From assembly GCF_009834535.1 (NCBI RefSeq), contig NC_045697.1, positions 105,588,001 to 105,652,000 of the forward strand: DNA of 64,000 nucleotides. Reading direction: 5' to 3'. Shown here piece by piece: positions 1-13,023 of this stretch; the stretch's first letter is position 1; each line of letters begins with the position of its first letter. The translations under genes were made by a program, and so were the position numbers. Source of the DNA: Camelus ferus (taxonomy: Eukaryota). Below the pieces are notes generated by a model, which saw nothing but the letters and a program-made list of their open reading frames with translations, was not told the DNA's origin and did no database searches.

Positions 1-39
1 GTTACTATTTTTTTTTTTACTTCATGTAATTTTGAAAAC

Positions 40-165
40 ACTCTAAGCCTAAGGTTCATTGTCTATAAAGTGAATATAAAAATGGTATTGCTACCCAAAG
101 GCTATTGTGAGTGTCAGCTGCAATTATGCACATAAAGTACTTGTAAGGGCTCTAGCATGTAGCAA
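40..165 (+). mobile_element. MIR SINE fragment (core/3' part)
   Basis: 'ctctaagcctaaggttcattgtctataaagtg...gctattgtgag...cataaagtacttg...ctagcatgtagcaag' follows the MIR core and 3' consensus in order. Confidence 0.55.
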
Positions 166-1779
166 GAGATCATGGTCATGGGGAATTACATTTTCTAGGG
201 TATGAAAAAAATGGTGATGCTGAGAGTTCAATGTAATTTTATTGAACTGAGCTTCCACACTCAGTGGGGCAATTAAAAATTGTCTATGCCTATTTACTTT
301 TCCTAAGTGGTTTTAAAATTAAAAATGATCACTTAAAAAACAATGCATGCTTTCTTAAATGAAATTCCACATAGATGGACCATCTGTTTAGACAAAATGA
401 GGGTGAGGACCAGTCTTACTTTCTGTAGTGGTTCTCTTATGACCAAAACATAATAGTTTAGCAAAGTCCACGCTAAAAACTGCCACACTTGGCTGATTTT
501 TCCTATGTTTGCGGCTTGATTTCTTTCCGGTCATACTTTGCCATATGTGGTAAGCCCTTGAAACTATATGTTATTCTAAATGTCCAGTGTCATTTCTTGC
601 CTACCTGCAGAGGTTACAGCTTCTTACTCTGTCTCCCTAGTCCTATCATGTGCTTTTGCTATTCAGCCTCTTTGCTCCAGCTTGGGAGTGAAAAGATGTA
701 AAGGGAATATAATTTAAGGGGGAAAAAAAAACCTTAAAACGCCTTAATATCTTATTGCAAATGTTTTATCTCAATTACAAAATGAAATCCAATACCTTAT
801 TTGCTCAAGCAGACTGAGCTACATTTTCATCCCATCATTTTAAGTTTTAGAATTTGAGATTTCTCCAGATACATTCCAGGGAAGTGGGTGAAGGCGTTGT
901 AGGATGGTGAACACAGATGTTATTTCATTAACATATTTAGCCAAATCTTGATAAATCCGAATATACATTTCCTTAAATCAGGAAGTTCCTTTCCTTGAAT
1001 TCCTTTTCCTACTTCCAGAAATTTCCAGGGATGTTGACTTGTGTTCATAAGATTTGCCTGGCTGTAGGTCTTCCTTTAGTCGGTCCAGTCCAAACTTCAC
1101 AGACTTAGAGTTGCTCCCCAGTTCTCATGCCCTCAAGGCTTTGCCTCTGCTGTCACTGATGAGGCTGAGTGTCCCTTATATTTGGCATGGGGCGGCAGGG
1201 AACCCTGCTCTTGAACCTGCGAAGTGTGAATAAAAACAGCTCTTGTGTGCTCTGGCGTAGGAAGGAGCTAAATGTTTGCTTGAACACATAAGTGCTAGAG
1301 TAGTTGGTGACAGCTCTTGTAATGAAACAAAAATCAAATTATAAGAATATTTTTATTTTTATTTAAAAATTTGAAACGGTACAGACCCATATAGGTAAAA
1401 AAGAATGATCCCCCATTTTGTCCATTTTATTCAAATCCTCTGTATATTTATACTTCTTGTTTGTTTCTATATCATATATTTATTTACTTTTTATCAGAGA
1501 TCTTAGAAGGAAAGGAGAGAGAATGAGGCAGAGGCAACACCTGGGAAGGTAATGAATGAAAATACACCAACTTAGCTTTGATTAGTGTTTTATGACATAT
1601 CTTTACCCATACTTTAATTTTCAGTATTTCTGGGTTCTTTCTGTTATGTTGTAACTCTTATAATTAATATACAGTTAGAATTTTAAAAAATGTAGTCTAC
1701 AGTTTTTTGTCCTTTAACTGAAATATGTTATGCATTTAGGCTTAGGGTAATTACTAATATTTCAAGCTGTCCTGCATTT

Positions 1780-3400
1780 TCTTTTCTTTTCTTGTCTTTT
1801 CCTACTTTGGAAATTGTATACTATATTATGTTTCCTTTCCTTTAGCGGTTTCCCCAGAAATTATAATGTGAATAATTAATACATAAAAGTCTAATGTCAA
1901 ACAAAACCTTTATCTCTCTCCTAGACAATACAACTCTTAAAAACCTATAATTCCATTTTACTCACCTTTTGATTTGTATTATTTTGCTAGGAATTTTAAT
2001 TATATCTCTCTATACTGCACAGTACATTACTACTATTGTTGATTTTATATAGTCAAAACTCACTTAGATTTGCTGAAATATTCATTTCTTTGCTGTTTAT
2101 TCTTTCTTGTATCTCAGACCTGTTTGGGATCACTTTCCTCATACCTGAGGAATATCTTCTAGAATGTTATTACTGAATGTCTGCTAGTGAAAAACTTTCT
2201 CAGTTTTTATTTATGAGAAAAATGCCATTATTTTTCCCTTTTGAAAAATATTTTCTCTGGACACAGAGTTCTCAATTGGCAGTCACTTGCTTTCTGCCCA
2301 TTGAAAGTACCATTCCATTGGCTTTGGTTTCATTGAAGTTGTTGAGAAATTAGATGTCAGTCTGTTGCTTTCTTGAAAGAATTTTTTTCCTCTGGCTTTT
2401 TTTTTTTTTTTAACATCATCTCTGTCTTTGGTGTTGTGCTGCTTTTCAATAATGTGAAATTTCTTCTGATGAGGATGTGTTCGGCTTTTTAAATCTGTAG
2501 ATTGACGTCTCTTATCATTTCTAGAATATTTTCAGCCATTATTTTCCCAGATATTGTCTCTGCCTCATTCTCCCCCTCTTTCCTTCTGAAGCTTTGATAG
2601 AAAATATGTTGACATGCTGTGTCCTCAATCTCTCTTGAATTTTCTTTCATTTCCTCTCTCTTCTTTACTTCTTTATATTGCATTGCAGACAGTTTATTCT
2701 TCCTGACCTGTCTTCCAGTTCTTAATTTTTTTCAGCTATGTTTAATCTGCTCACAAACACATCAGTTGAGTTTTAAAATTAAAGCAAATATATTTTTTAT
2801 TTCTAAAGTATCTGTTTTATTCTTTTTTTTAGGTCTGTGGGTCACTTTTTATAGCACCCACAGATAAGTTAATTCTTCTCTTCAAAAGGCATTTAGTAAT
2901 TTAGAGCTAATTATTCAAAGATCTGAAATCTGAGTTTGTTTTGGCTTTTTTTGGTTGTTGTTTTTCTCATAATGCCTTGATTTGATGTGTACATAGTAAG
3001 GTTTAATCTTGAGTTGTTTATTTTCTTTGGGAAATTATTTATGGGAATTTTCGAGTCCATGGATGAAGACAAATTCCTCTAAAAATCTGGAAAGTATATT
3101 TGTTTGTTTCTGCCATATACCTGAGAGAACTATGTCTGGGGACCATTTTAAACTAAATTTATAGTCTTAAGTCTTTTGGACCACACAAGTGATACAAATT
3201 TGAGCTACAAATGTATTACAACTTCTCAGGGAAGATTTATCCTTTTTGCTTCCCTTAATACCAAGGCAGATTTTCTTGTAGCCTCTTGGAGGTGGGGAGG
3301 GAGGGATGAGCTTACTGCTAACTCACTCTTACTGAGGATGTGGCCACTTGAGGTCCCAGATTATTGGTTGACAAGAATCTCTTATTGATGTTGTAAATTG
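1780..3400 (-). mobile_element. Ancient L1 (L1M/HAL1-like) 5' region and ORF1 remnant
   Basis: Minus-strand ORF 2489-2683 '...RRKEGENEAETISGKIMAENILEMIRDVNLQI' resembles the L1 ORF1p 'IFEEIMAENFP..KD.N.QIQE' motif; T-rich plus strand; heavily decayed. Confidence 0.7.
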
Positions 3401-3789
3401 GATTAACCTTGTGCTTTGTTTTCGATCCTGTGACTCCATGAGGCTGCAAAAATGAAGTTCAAGTCCCAGAAATTCTGTAGTCATAGGTTTGTTTATAAAT
3501 CTCTTGGGTCTATGGCATAACCTTTAGTCATGCCTGATTAACTTTTTTGTTAATCCTTAGAAGTAGGGTTGGATGGCAAATGGCATAAACTAAATATCTG
3601 TTTTATGTGTTTGAATTAAATGTATCGTGAACTTTACAGCTTTCCCTATATGTTTTGAGTGCTATTATTCTATAATACTTATCCCAGGGCTTAGAATTGG
3701 TTAGCTTCCAACTCATTCTATAAGATGGAAAAGTCCTACTACTGATTCCAGAAAAAGATAAATGCAAGAATGATAATGAAAGATAAGTT

Positions 3790-5400
3790 TATTTATGGAT
3801 TCAGATGCAAAAGTCCAAAGTAAAATAACAGCAAACTGAAGCATCAGTATTTAAATCATCATATGTCATAATCAAGGAGGTTCATTCCCAGGTTTGCAGC
3901 TATGGTTCAACATTAGGAAAGTTCCCAGTGTGATTCATTCTATCAACAAATTAAAAGTGTGTGTATGGAGGAGATCACTCAATAAATACTGAAAAATTCA
4001 TATCCCTGATAACATCTCTTAGCAATATGGAAATACAGAGAAAATCCTTTAATCAATGTGTATTTATAAAAGACCATAAGTACATGCTTTACTTAATGGC
4101 AAAATACTAGAAATGTTCATATTACAGCCAAGCACAAGGCAAAAACATTCACTACAAGTGGTAGTATTCCACACTAGATGAGAAATCCTGTTTAATTCAA
4201 TAAATTAAAAATTTCATTCTATGTATAAATCACATAAGATTTATCCTTTTATCATATTATTTATATATGTTACACTACATATGATAGTTTTCATGTTATG
4301 TAGTACATGATTATATAAATATATATAAATCTTTCTATAGAATATAAATATAATATATGTAATAAATACAAATATAATGCCATTGATGCAAAAGAAATGA
4401 ATAGACTAATGGCACTCAAATATATTCTTCAGATTAATTCATGCATATATAAACATTTAATATATATAATAAAGGTGGCCTTTGAGTTTATCTGAGGAAT
4501 GCCTTCCTAAATAAGGCAGAAAAATCTAGAATCTAAAAAGGAAAAAAAAGAGAAGTTTGATTTTTATAAATCAATAAACAAAACAAAAAAAAACATGTTA
4601 AAAGGTAAACAAATTTAAAAGACAAGCAGTAGCCTAGAATTAAAAATATGTAGATACGTGTATATAATAAAATTATTGCTTAAATAAAAATATGTATGTG
4701 TGTATAACAAAGAGTATATAAAAACTAATAAGAATTTAAATCGCTCGATAAAGAGAAGAGTAAAACATATAAAACACAAATAAATGTATGAACTTTTGAA
4801 ATAATACTAACTCTGCTATGAAAGTCAGGGAAATGAATTAGAACAGCTGTGATGTATGTAACGTCTCCCCCAAAGGAGAAAAAAGGGAACAAGTGTGATA
4901 ATATCCAGGACTGGTGAATTTGTTGGGAAACGGTGACCCTGAACACACTGTTTGTGGGAGTACGAATTGGTTAAGCCTCTTGAAGAAACTTTGAACATCT
5001 TTATCAAATTAAAAAAAACCCAAATTTAACATTTGAACCAAGTTTTAACCTCTGTGCACACAGGTGCAGATATATGTACTTAGATATTCACCTAAGCAGA
5101 GCTTGTAATTGAGAATAATTAAGACTAGCCTAAATGTAAATCAATAATGAAATGGTTAAATATCAGCTTTATGTAATGGATATTCTGCCACATTTTAAAA
5201 GGATTTAGAAAATATATATAAGACATCATTTCGAGTGGGAAAAAAATGACGTTTTCAGGACGTGTATGGTATAATTTTCTTTACAAAAATACTTATTATA
5301 TACATACAAATTTTGTACTTAAACGCACGTGCTAAAGCATCAGAAATGCACATCTGGGTAGTAAAACTAATATGGGATTTCAGGGGACTAGCGTGTGAAA
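3790..5400 (+). mobile_element. Ancient L1 (L1ME-like) ORF2 RT fragment plus 3' region
   Basis: 'gatgcaaaagtcc...aatcaaggaggttcattcccaggtttgcagctatggttcaacattaggaaa' is decayed DAK.L.K...DQ.GFIPG.Q.WFNIRK of L1 RT; later 'cacactgtttgtgggagtacgaattgg' matches the ORF2 C-terminal region; AT-rich low-complexity interruption ~4200-4470. Confidence 0.75.
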
Positions 5401-6067
5401 GTATGAAAGGGAGACTCAGATGAAGAAACGGAGAACAAGGGGTGTCAAGTCCAACAGTTTAGCTTTTGTTTCATGGCTTGTTTTTGTTTCTTGATACATC
5501 AAGGGCAACTTCTGAGCTCTGCCTGTAGATCTTTCTACATCTGGTCCTTCTTCTTCCCTTGGGAGGAAAAAGCCTTTTCTCAGAAACAGACTGAAGCAGA
5601 TCAACAAAGGAATCTCTACGGATGGAAACATGAGGGGTGATAAGGAGTATGGTAATTAAATATGTTCATCAACCCAAGAGTGCTAGAAGTACATTTGGGA
5701 TTAGAACGTGGTTAGAAAGCTTTTTTGTTCTGGAACTGGGTGAAATACAATTTTAAAAGTCACATCAGCCTGTAACAGAATAAAATAGGAATACTAAACA
5801 AATTGAAGTGCAAATATTTATGATTCAGATTCTGTTTTTGCAAAAATGATTTTTTTTTTTACTGAGATTGCTAGCTGTTTAAATAATTATCCATGCCTCT
5901 GTATAGCTAGTTTGATTGTTGGGAAGTCATTCAAAATATCCCTGGGCTGTGTTCAGTGTACTGCTTGGGTTCAGATTATATTTGGCCATCTTTTTTGACA
6001 ATCTTTGACAGAAACCTTTCTTCCATTTTAATTTTACTGGTAGGTGTTTGAACCTAATTACCTAGTT

Positions 6068-6190
6068 AATTCATTAATGGGTTCACTGTGCATTTACTGA
6101 CCGCATGTTCTGTACCAGATACCGTACTAGGGATGAGGGGGTGAATAAGATAATAATGGTCCCTGTCATTATGAAGTTTTCAGTCTAGTG
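6068..6190 (-). mobile_element. L2 3' end
   Basis: 'attcattaat...catttactgaccgcatgttctgtaccagataccgtactaggg...ggtccctgtcattatgaagttttcagtctagtgg' matches the reverse-complement L2 3' terminus. Confidence 0.7.
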
Positions 6191-6961
6191 GACTTTGGTA
6201 GAACAGTACAATGTCCCCTTATCAGAATTTTTTGGGTAAGTTTTTATATTGTGCATAAAATTAATATATAGTGTTAATGCAAAATGCAGGAAAAGATAAG
6301 GATGAACAGAATAGATGGAAAATGGTATCTCTTATTCCCACCTCTTGCAGATAACAATTGTTAAAGTGCAGACAGATTGCTCTCAAATTCTTTTTTGAAG
6401 TTGTGGAGATCTATGTGTCAATGCCTGTATACCTTTACCCATCTATTTGTCATCTATTCATCCATTTATTCCTCATCACACAGGTGCACACAGAAACACA
6501 CATACACAACCATTTTGTTAAATGAATAAAATTAAAGGAATACAAAGAGTATTGTTGGATAGTCTACATCTTTATGTACATTTAAATCATTCCTTTTTGA
6601 AAAATGATTCACATTAAGGTCCTTGAAGTCGTGTAATGTCTTAGATCAAAACCTCAATTTCCCAGTCAATCAAAGCTGCTTCTCTCTATTCGAGCAGTTT
6701 CTTACCCATGTGGCTCAAGGGTCCACAGCGAGGAAGGTGAGCATGATTTTATCAAACTTCCTTCCTCAGCCTGCTCTTGGACTCCCCACTGTTCGGGCAA
6801 GGGACGGGGAATTAGAGGAAAAGAGACAAAATCTTAAATGACTAGTATTATTTTAGTTCTCTCTGATGGTGAGCCATGCCCATCATTTAAGAAAGTGTCC
6901 AAATATTTACACTGATTGGGATGGATTTCTAGTTCTTTAAAGTCAGTGCACATCTGCGTAT

Positions 6962-6964
<3 letters not shown>

Positions 6965-7003
<39 letters not shown>
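6965..7003. repeat. (AC)19 microsatellite
   Basis: Uninterrupted AC run read directly. Confidence 0.97.
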
Positions 7004-7005
<2 letters not shown>

Positions 7006-9094
7006 GTTGTGCTCTACAGTGCTTCCTCAAACATCTAACTTCTTAACACATCCTTCCTCCCTGCACCAAAAGCTCCTGATCAGAAGAACACCCAACAACC
7101 TCCCACTGTTCCTCTCAGATGGGCCACATCCATCATTCCACTCAGCCCTCAGGAATCTTGTGCATCCTTGCCTTGCTAAATGGTGGAAGTGCCAGCTGCT
7201 CCTTCCAACTGTCCTTTGTTCTTGCCTTGCTAACTCAGGTGACTCCAGACCATTGCCCACTTTCAGACTGAGAAGCAGTTTCCAGTCCCCCCAGATTCTG
7301 AGAGAGAGACAACAACCCCATCAAGAGTCTCGCTCTATTTCCAGTCCTGTGCAGCGTTAGGACCTACCATTCCACAGGGCTGGGGCTCATGTGTGATGCC
7401 AGTCTCTCTATCTTGTGGATGCCCTGTTCCTCTGTGGCAATTTCCTTTTAGAGCATTTGAGGGAGGGTTTGAAGGGAAGGGAAAATGCCACTACTCTCTG
7501 TGAGTTTGATGAATCTTCTCTCTTAAAGCTGCTCTTTAATTTGCTTTTGAACTTTAGACTTCACTTAAGTAGGTTAGAGGTGGTAGCTGAATTTGATAGT
7601 TGCTGGACCTGTCCTACCCTTATCACTGAACCTCCACGGATAGGTCTAGCGTCTCTCTTTAGAATGTGCAGTTATTTATAAACCATTGTTCTCAGGTTTG
7701 GGGCTTCAGCCAAAACTCTAAGACAACAGGAAGAGTCCCATTCAAATGCCTGTTATATATGTGTGTATATATATATATACACAGATGCAAATTTGGCTTC
7801 ACATTGCTTATGCAGTGCTTTTTAACTTTTTAAAACTTATATCATGTGCATTTAATCATGTCATTACCTTTCTTTGAAAGTGAAGTATTAACAGTTTCAT
7901 ATTATTTCATCTAATAAAAGTATCATAATTTATTTTCCTTTTTAGTTGTTTAAAATGTTTTGTCTTTCTATTTGATCATAACAGTAATACCTCTTCATTA
8001 AAGATATTTGGAAAATACAGAAAAGTACCTAGAAGACAACAATATCATTTGTATTCCCATGAAAAAGAACTACCTACATTGTTGTATGTCACCTTCTAGG
8101 CTTTCTCCCCCTGAAAAGATAGAGACAGATAGATATATGAATATATAGAGATATCTATGAATATATATGCACATATACCTATGTGTATGTATGCAGTTTT
8201 AATGTCTTAATAGTTTGTATTACCATACATCTGCATTTAAAAATAAATAGGGTTTCTACTGTATCTAGTTTTGTATCATGTTTTTACTTTCTATTATATT
8301 TTGATCTTCATATTTGAAATGATTTAAACAGCTACCTTTTTATTACCATAAAATCATATATATTAATTACAGAAAATTTAGAAGAAATAGATGAGCGAAA
8401 AAGAAAGTAGTCACAATAATTTTAACTTTTTGGTATTTATCATTCTGAATCTATCAAATAGCTTTCTGATAGAAACGAGGTCGTGATAACCTGACTATGC
8501 AAATCTCAGTAGCTCTAGAACACATTAGTCTTCTGCAAAGTTCTCTCTCCTGTCCCCACCCTCGCCACTTCTTTATGGCTCTCCTCACATTAGATTGCTA
8601 ATCATTCCACTTCTACTGCTCATTTATCCACTGGTGACTGTGATGTTGAGATGAGAGAAACTGGCGGGTGGGTGTGGTGCGAGCCACGTGCTCTAGGACC
8701 CAGAACTACACCTTTTTGCTCACCTGGGAGCTCAATCTAGTTTTACTCCTGTTCTCCCCAGGATTCTCTTCAGGGACCTCATAGTTCTGCCCTGAAGTCT
8801 GGCCTCTGTGCTATCACCCTTCCACCTCCCATGGTCTGAGAGTTATGTCTGCCTTTATGTGCAATTTAATTGTGGATACAATTGAAAAAATCACCCCTTC
8901 TGAGGGTTTGCTTCAGCCCCGCTGTAATTCATGAGAGTTGTTAGGGGGAAATTGACACTGGTAATACTTGGTTACACATACAAGATAATTTTTATAAAAC
9001 ACATTATATTTTATACCATGTGCTTTTCTGGGTATGTTTATTATAAAACACTTTATAGATTTAAATATTGTTATCTGTATATGTATGTGTACAA

Positions 9095-10290
9095 GATGGT
9101 TTTAAAAATGTGTGTACAGATCCTTTGACACACCTCTACTCAAGAGGTGCAGCCTAACACGAAAAAATGCTCAATATCACTAATTACCAGAGAAATGCAG
9201 ATCAAAACTAATTAGGTATCAACTCACACCAGTCAGAATGGCCATCATTCAAAAGTCCACAAATGATAAATACTGGAGAGGATGTGGAGAAAAGGGAATC
9301 CTCCCACTCTGTTGGCAGAAATGTAGTTTGGTGAAGCCATTATGGAAAACAGTAAGGAGATTCCTCAGAAAACTAAAAATAGATTTACCATATGATCCAG
9401 CAATCCCACTCCTGGGCATATACCTGGAGGGAAGTCTAATTTGAAAAGATACATGTCCCCCGGTGTTCATAGCAGCACTATTTACAATAGCCAAGACATG
9501 GAAGCAACCTAAATGTCCATCGACAGATGACTGGATAAAGAAGCTGTAGTAATATTTATACAATGGAATACTAATCAGCCATAAAAAAGGAATAAAATAA
9601 TTCCATTTGCAGCAACATAGATGGACCTGGAGATTATCATTTAAGCAAAAGAAGCCAGAAAGAGAAAGAAAAATACCATATGATATCACTTATATATAGA
9701 ATCTAAAAAAGATAAGAAAAAAAAGAGGACACTAATGAACTCTCTCCAAAACAGAAACAGACTTGCAGACACAGTAAACAATCTTACAGTTACCAGGTGG
9801 GAGGGGATAAATTTGGGAGTTTGAGATTTGTAGATGTTAACACTATATATAAAAATAGGTGAAGAACAAATTTCTTCTCTGCAGCACAGGGAACTGTATT
9901 TAATGTCTTGTAGTAACCTTTAATGAAAAAGAATATGAAAATGAATGTATGTATGTATATGCATGACTGGGACATTGTGCTGCACACCAGAAACTGACAC
10001 ATTGTAACTGACTGTACTTCAATTAAAAAAGAAAAAAGAAAAAAGACGTGTAGCCTAATTACCCTCCCCTTGAATGCGGGCTGAGCTCAGTGACTTGCTT
10101 CTAGTGGTAGGACACCACGTGTAATACTAGATTATAAAAGACTGTGAACCCCTCTCAAGCCCTGCACCCCCTACACTGCTCTCCACTCTCTCGAAACTGA
10201 CTCAAGGAAAATTTGAGAGTAAAAATGACTATTTTTTAAGCTGCTTAGTTTTGGGGGTGACTGGTTATACAGTAAAAGATAACTAACACA
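9095..10290 (+). mobile_element. MLT1-type MaLR solo LTR, split by an L1 (pieces ~9095-9157 and 10043-10290)
   Basis: 'tggttttaaaaatgtgtgtacagatcctttgacacacctc...' continues after the L1 as 'ccctccccttgaatgcgggctg...agtgacttgcttcta' and ends 'ttttgggggtgactggttatacagtaaaagataactaacaca', a typical MLT1 3' end. Confidence 0.75.
9158..10042 (+). mobile_element. 5'-truncated young (camelid/artiodactyl-type) L1: ORF2 C-terminus, 3' UTR and A tail
   Basis: ORF 9238-9444 '[47 protein letters not shown]' is the L1 ORF2p C-terminus; A-rich tail; 16-bp TSD aagaggtgcagcctaa (9142-9157) / aagacgtgtagcctaa (10043-10058). Confidence 0.95.
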
Positions 10291-10583
10291 GGATAGGTAG
10301 ATGATAGATAGATAGATCAATGATAGGCAGATAGATAAGTTATAAAGAAGTTATAAAATACAAACTTGTGACCTAGTACTCAGCTTGCAACTTGCTTTAC
10401 CACTCGGTATATCCTGAATACTATTGTATGACTTTAAATTTTATCCTATTACATCATTTAAAAATAATCGCTAGCAGTTCTGTGATATAAATATAATTCC
10501 TTCAACACCACAATACCAAATTTTGGATATTTAATTAATTTCTAATGATTCCGAATTAACAGTCCTGTTACGAACTATACAAC

Positions 10584-11180
10584 TGTGTAGTCAGGATTCT
10601 TAATTGCATGCAACAAACGTTTTCTTGCAGATTTAAACAGAAAAAAGATTTATTAAAAAGGTATTAGGCCTGAAATTACTTCAAAATTAAAGGTAAAAAT
10701 AAACCCTGAAAAACAAAACAAAAGAAAAGATATTAGGACATAGAAAAATAACAGTGTATAGCTCTATGGAGTCTGAACAGCTGCAGAACATATAAATAAT
10801 ACCATAGAAACTGTCCCACGAGGAGAGTGAAAGTGAAACCACCTCAAAATCTTAACTGCTAGTCCCACTTCAGCAACACCCCCTGGTCCTGCTGTCAGCC
10901 CTGCCACTCTTCCCCGGGAGCTCTCCTTGTTCCCGCTGCCACCACTGCCCGGGGAGGGTTCTCTCGGTCTCTGCTTCTTTCTGATGCTGCCTACTGAATC
11001 TGGGGTTGGCGGCCGTGACCGGTGGGGCCTTTGTCACAGGCCCCTGTCCTCTGAGGGAGAAGGGAAAAACAACAACTTGGCAATTTTAGTTTCTGTACTG
11101 GGAGACAGGTTGAGTCTCTCACTGAGAAGGGAGTTTAGATGCTGAGAAGTGAAAAAGGGTACCAAACGCCCCCTGAGACC
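10584..11180 (-). mobile_element. LTR33-like ERVL LTR (left copy)
   Basis: Begins 'tgtgtagtcaggattcttaattgcatgcaacaaac...ttaaacagaaaaaagatttatt' and contains 'tggcaattttagtttctgtactgggagacagg...gtttagatgctgag', similar to LTR33. Confidence 0.65.
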
Positions 11181-12800
11181 CACGTTGGCACGTGCAACCT
11201 TGACTTACATTCTTCCTCCAACGTTGAAAAAAAATAATTCTTCCAAATTAATGCAAGTCACCTTCATGTATCTAAAAGGCATTCACCTCCTCCCTCAAAG
11301 GGGAACACTGCAAAGTCTCATTCCTGACTGCATTCTGACAAATCCACTTTTCTTCTAGTTGATTTACAATCCATTTATGTAAATGTATTATAATATTATG
11401 GATTTTAATAAATAATGTAAATTGAGTTGATTTACAATCCATATGATCCTATAGGTCAAATGGAAAAGTTCTTTGCCACCAACATATCCTCCACAAAATA
11501 GTTGGAGGGAGGGATAGGAAAGAAGAGGGAAGTCTAACTATATAAACACAGGAAAGGGAGAAAACACAGGAAAGGTAGTCCTCTTTGTATAACTAGTCAT
11601 GATGCTTAAGGTTGGCAAGTAAGCCTTTTCTCTTCCACTCCTCATTTCACATATTTTTAAAGTATTTAGCCAGGACCTCAAATGTTCAAGAGTCTTTACC
11701 TTATGTGGTGTCCCAAACCTTCATTCTTGAGAAATCAATGCCTTTGATTCTCACCTTCATAGACACTGTGGTCTCCCAATTAATTTGATCAATGGACAAA
11801 TCAGACCAGGAAGGACCCCAGGACATGTTTGGGTTCTATCAATATTTCTTACTTTCCCAATTGTGCAGCGGCAATTCAAATCCCTCATGACAGTCAGGAT
11901 CAATCTCAGAAGTCCACACCGTAATTCCCTTTATTGCCTGTTTACTTAGTGCACGAAGAGCCAGCATGGGCCAGGTGGTATTGTCTATTTACCGATGAAT
12001 GAGTCCATTGTTGTATCTTCTGAAGCACTGAGACCACCAAACTAACAGCACCCAGAGTTTCATGGATGGAAATCTAAATCTTGAGAATGCCTGTATTTTG
12101 TACAGGACCTTCTGAAATCTAGGCCTTTTTTTTTGTTTTTTTAAATCCTTTTTTGTCAGTTAATCACAGACACCTCTCCATGATAGCTTAGACAAGAATA
12201 ATAGAAGTAGGGTTTAGTAGTGTGGCGCTAACCCTTACTTGTGCCTTCAGAACCTAACCAAGCCCAATTCTATATATCCGTTCCCATTTGATGATGGAAC
12301 ATGTTGGAGCATACCTGACTTTACAGACAAGTCGCGTAATACAAAAATTCATCATGTGGAGTGGCATGTCCCAGCGGTCACATGTTTAGTTGTAAACTGG
12401 TATCAGAGACAAACCAGGATCTATTATTCAAAATAAGCACAAGCACTTGAGAAAAGGGTAATGGGCTCTGCCCACAGATCTTAAAGATTCCTGGTACGAT
12501 TCTCCCACTGGGGCTGGCCACCCTCTGAACCACTGGGTTTCCTGGGGATAGGAGCAAAGTAGTGAAGCTATCTCCAGTAGAGCCTGGTCAGCTGAAGAAC
12601 CTTCTTCTCCTCTAAGATCTTACTTGAAACTGGCGGTCTCTAATATATCTCATAAACGCTCAGATGGCATATGCAAAAGTGGTTATGTTTTTCTCTCCTA
12701 AAACAGCAATGGTGCAAATGTCATGCTCTTTTTTAGGAGATGTAAAATATTGTACTTTATCATTCACTTTGTCTGGGAGAGCCAGTGTTGCCCTGGAACC
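11181..12800 (-). mobile_element. ERVL internal sequence remnant (pol 3'/dUTPase-like region)
   Basis: 11870-12080 'cagtcaggatcaatc...gtaattccctttattgcctg...gggccaggtgg...ccattgttgtatc' resembles the reverse-complement ERVL internal consensus; lies between two LTR33-like pieces. Confidence 0.6.
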
Positions 12801-13023
12801 TCTGTATTTTTGTGCTTCTATCTCCTGTTTTCTGGCAAACGTGTATTTTTACCCAGGTATATCTTACCTAGGGTTCTTACTACTTCCCAAGAACCAGAAT
12901 AATGTCTGTAAGGTGGTGAGAGAATCTGCTTCTGTAGAGTCCAACTTATCTCTAATCAAGACTCATAAGATGTGGAATTTCCCATAGGTAGCAGTCTCAG
13001 GAGAGTGACAAGTGTCTGCTACA
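12800..13023 (-). mobile_element. LTR33-like ERVL LTR (right copy, partial)
   Basis: 'caagactcataagatgtggaatttccc...caagtgtctgctaca' matches the LTR33 terminal motif and ends in CA. Confidence 0.6.

Noticed and set aside
9238..9689. ORFs 9238-9444 and 9249-9689 (also 34486-34882 and 42049-42240) as genes
   Set aside because: Sense or antisense translations of truncated L1 ORF2/3' UTR.
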